Source: Cyanobacteriota bacterium | GTDB lineage: Bacteria; Cyanobacteriota; Cyanobacteriia; Cyanobacteriales; Nostocaceae | Reading direction: 5' to 3' | Assembly (NCBI GenBank): GCA_046045965.1 | Contig: JBJOKS010000004.1 | Span: 128,001-192,000, forward strand | DNA length: 64,000 nucleotides | Shown: positions 63,036 through 64,000 of the stretch, piece after piece | Position numbering within the stretch: the stretch's first letter is position 1 | Layout of the letters: the number at the start of each line of letters is the position of its first letter | The notes under the pieces: generated by a model | Database searches by the model: none | Told to the model about the DNA's origin: nothing | The model's input: the letters and a program-made list of their open reading frames with translations, nothing else | Made by a program: the position numbers and the translations under genes

Positions 63036-63989
63036 TCAATTGCAATCTGGTTGATCAATTAATACACTAGGAGAACAGTCGTGTAATGGTGTTCTCAGAT
63101 CGCTGAAAAGTTTATAAATATCTTCAATTACATCTGCTTTGGCTTTACTTTTTCTACCTTGTTCAATTACTGCCAATTTAACTGGAGGTGGATTAAAAGC
63201 TAATTGAATACGCTTAGATTCAACTTGGCTAATTAGGTGGATACCTTGAATACCACAGCTATTATCAGTATTAATTTCTGGATCAACACAGTATGTAACT
63301 TTTTTTCTACCCCGGCCATGAATTCCTACTAATTCACCCTGAGCATTAAAAATTGGACTGCCACTCATACCCGGTCGGGTATAGTTACTATAAAGCAAAT
63401 TATAGCCACCATCATCCATAGGAGATGGATCAATCTTTGCTACTATTCCTGATATAAATTGGCGTTGTCTACGAGCGGTTAAATCTTCAGGTGCAGGCCA
63501 ACCGGAAATAAATACTCTATCGTTGGTGTTTAGTTGCAATGAATTACCCATAACTGCTACTGGATAATCACGATTACTGGTAAATTTTACCAAAGCTAAA
63601 TCAAATCCGGGAATGGGTTTTTCATTGCTTTCATAATTACCAAATCTAATCATATTGTTATCCTGATCTATGACCTGATATACTTCACCATCAGGAGTTC
63701 TCACACCCCATCTACCACCGATAATTGGTTGTTTAACAACGTGGGTATTGGTGACAACATAATAGGTATTACCTTGATGGCCAACAATGACACCAGAACC
63801 GGGATTAAATTCGCGTTTTTCTTCTAAATCTCCTTTCTGTAATTTTTTACCAATTAAAACTGTGACTTGAGAAGACATATTATCTATGTCCTCTGAACTT
63901 ATTGCTACAGATGGAACAGCAGAGAGGATAACTAATATTGCTGCGGTGAAAGTTATTAATAGTAGATGTAATCTACGAAGATGATGCAA
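63036..63989 (-). CDS. Secreted trypsin-like serine protease (start may lie at or beyond the window edge)
   Basis: GSGVI, TNTHVV (His), DLALV (Asp), PGMSGSP (Ser), LVGIHG. Confidence 0.88.
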   Translation of the reverse strand: MHHLRRLHLLLITFTAAILVILSAVPSVAISSEDIDNMSSQVTVLIGKKLQKGDLEEKREFNPGSGVIVGHQGNTYYVVTNTHVVKQPIIGGRWGVRTPDGEVYQVIDQDNNMIRFGNYESNEKPIPGFDLALVKFTSNRDYPVAVMGNSLQLNTNDRVFISGWPAPEDLTARRQRQFISGIVAKIDPSPMDDGGYNLLYSNYTRPGMSGSPIFNAQGELVGIHGRGRKKVTYCVDPEINTDNSCGIQGIHLISQVESKRIQLAFNPPPVKLAVIEQGRKSKAKADVIEDIYKLFSDLRTPLHDCSPSVLIDQPDCN

Positions 63990-64000
63990 AAAAAGGTTTG

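Overview
Mostly core chromosome of a heterocystous (Nostocales, Anabaena/Dolichospermum/Sphaerospermopsis-like) cyanobacterium. The assignment rests on abundant HIP1 (GCGATCGC), intergenic heptamer STRR repeats and the gene set. Core genes include clpB (partial), gloA, metH, ribBA, argC, eno, tRNA-Thr(CGT), rubA-ycf48-psbEFLJ, ndhCKJ, an EF-G paralogue, a C-terminal protease, ispG, map, psbY, folC, pilMNOQ, HU, cobD, ycf55, furC, ispD, an SLH porin and a trypsin-like protease. Several accessory elements are poorly shown or hidden by the ORF track. (1) A ScaI-like C-R-M restriction-modification island between ribBA and argC is dead twice over: a nonsense codon in the endonuclease and a 136-bp MITE in the methyltransferase. 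(2) A 135/136-identical copy of that MITE, which carries a GTAG-REP doublet, sits on the end of an internally deleted IS1634-like element. (3) A TnpA-less TnpB element inserted at TTAT in the last codons of an oxidoreductase gene, supplies that gene's stop codon, and itself carries two tiny hairpin inserts, one in frame inside TnpB. (4) There are two DUF1778/GNAT toxin-antitoxin modules, one with a deleted toxin. (5) There is an ISL3-type MITE, a DUF4926 remnant, and a pair of face-to-face consensus promoters in a gene-free gap. I did not find a clearly new multi-gene system. The best candidates for novelty are the nested small mobile elements in and around TnpB and the REP-carrying MITE. All family assignments are from motif recognition, not database searches.
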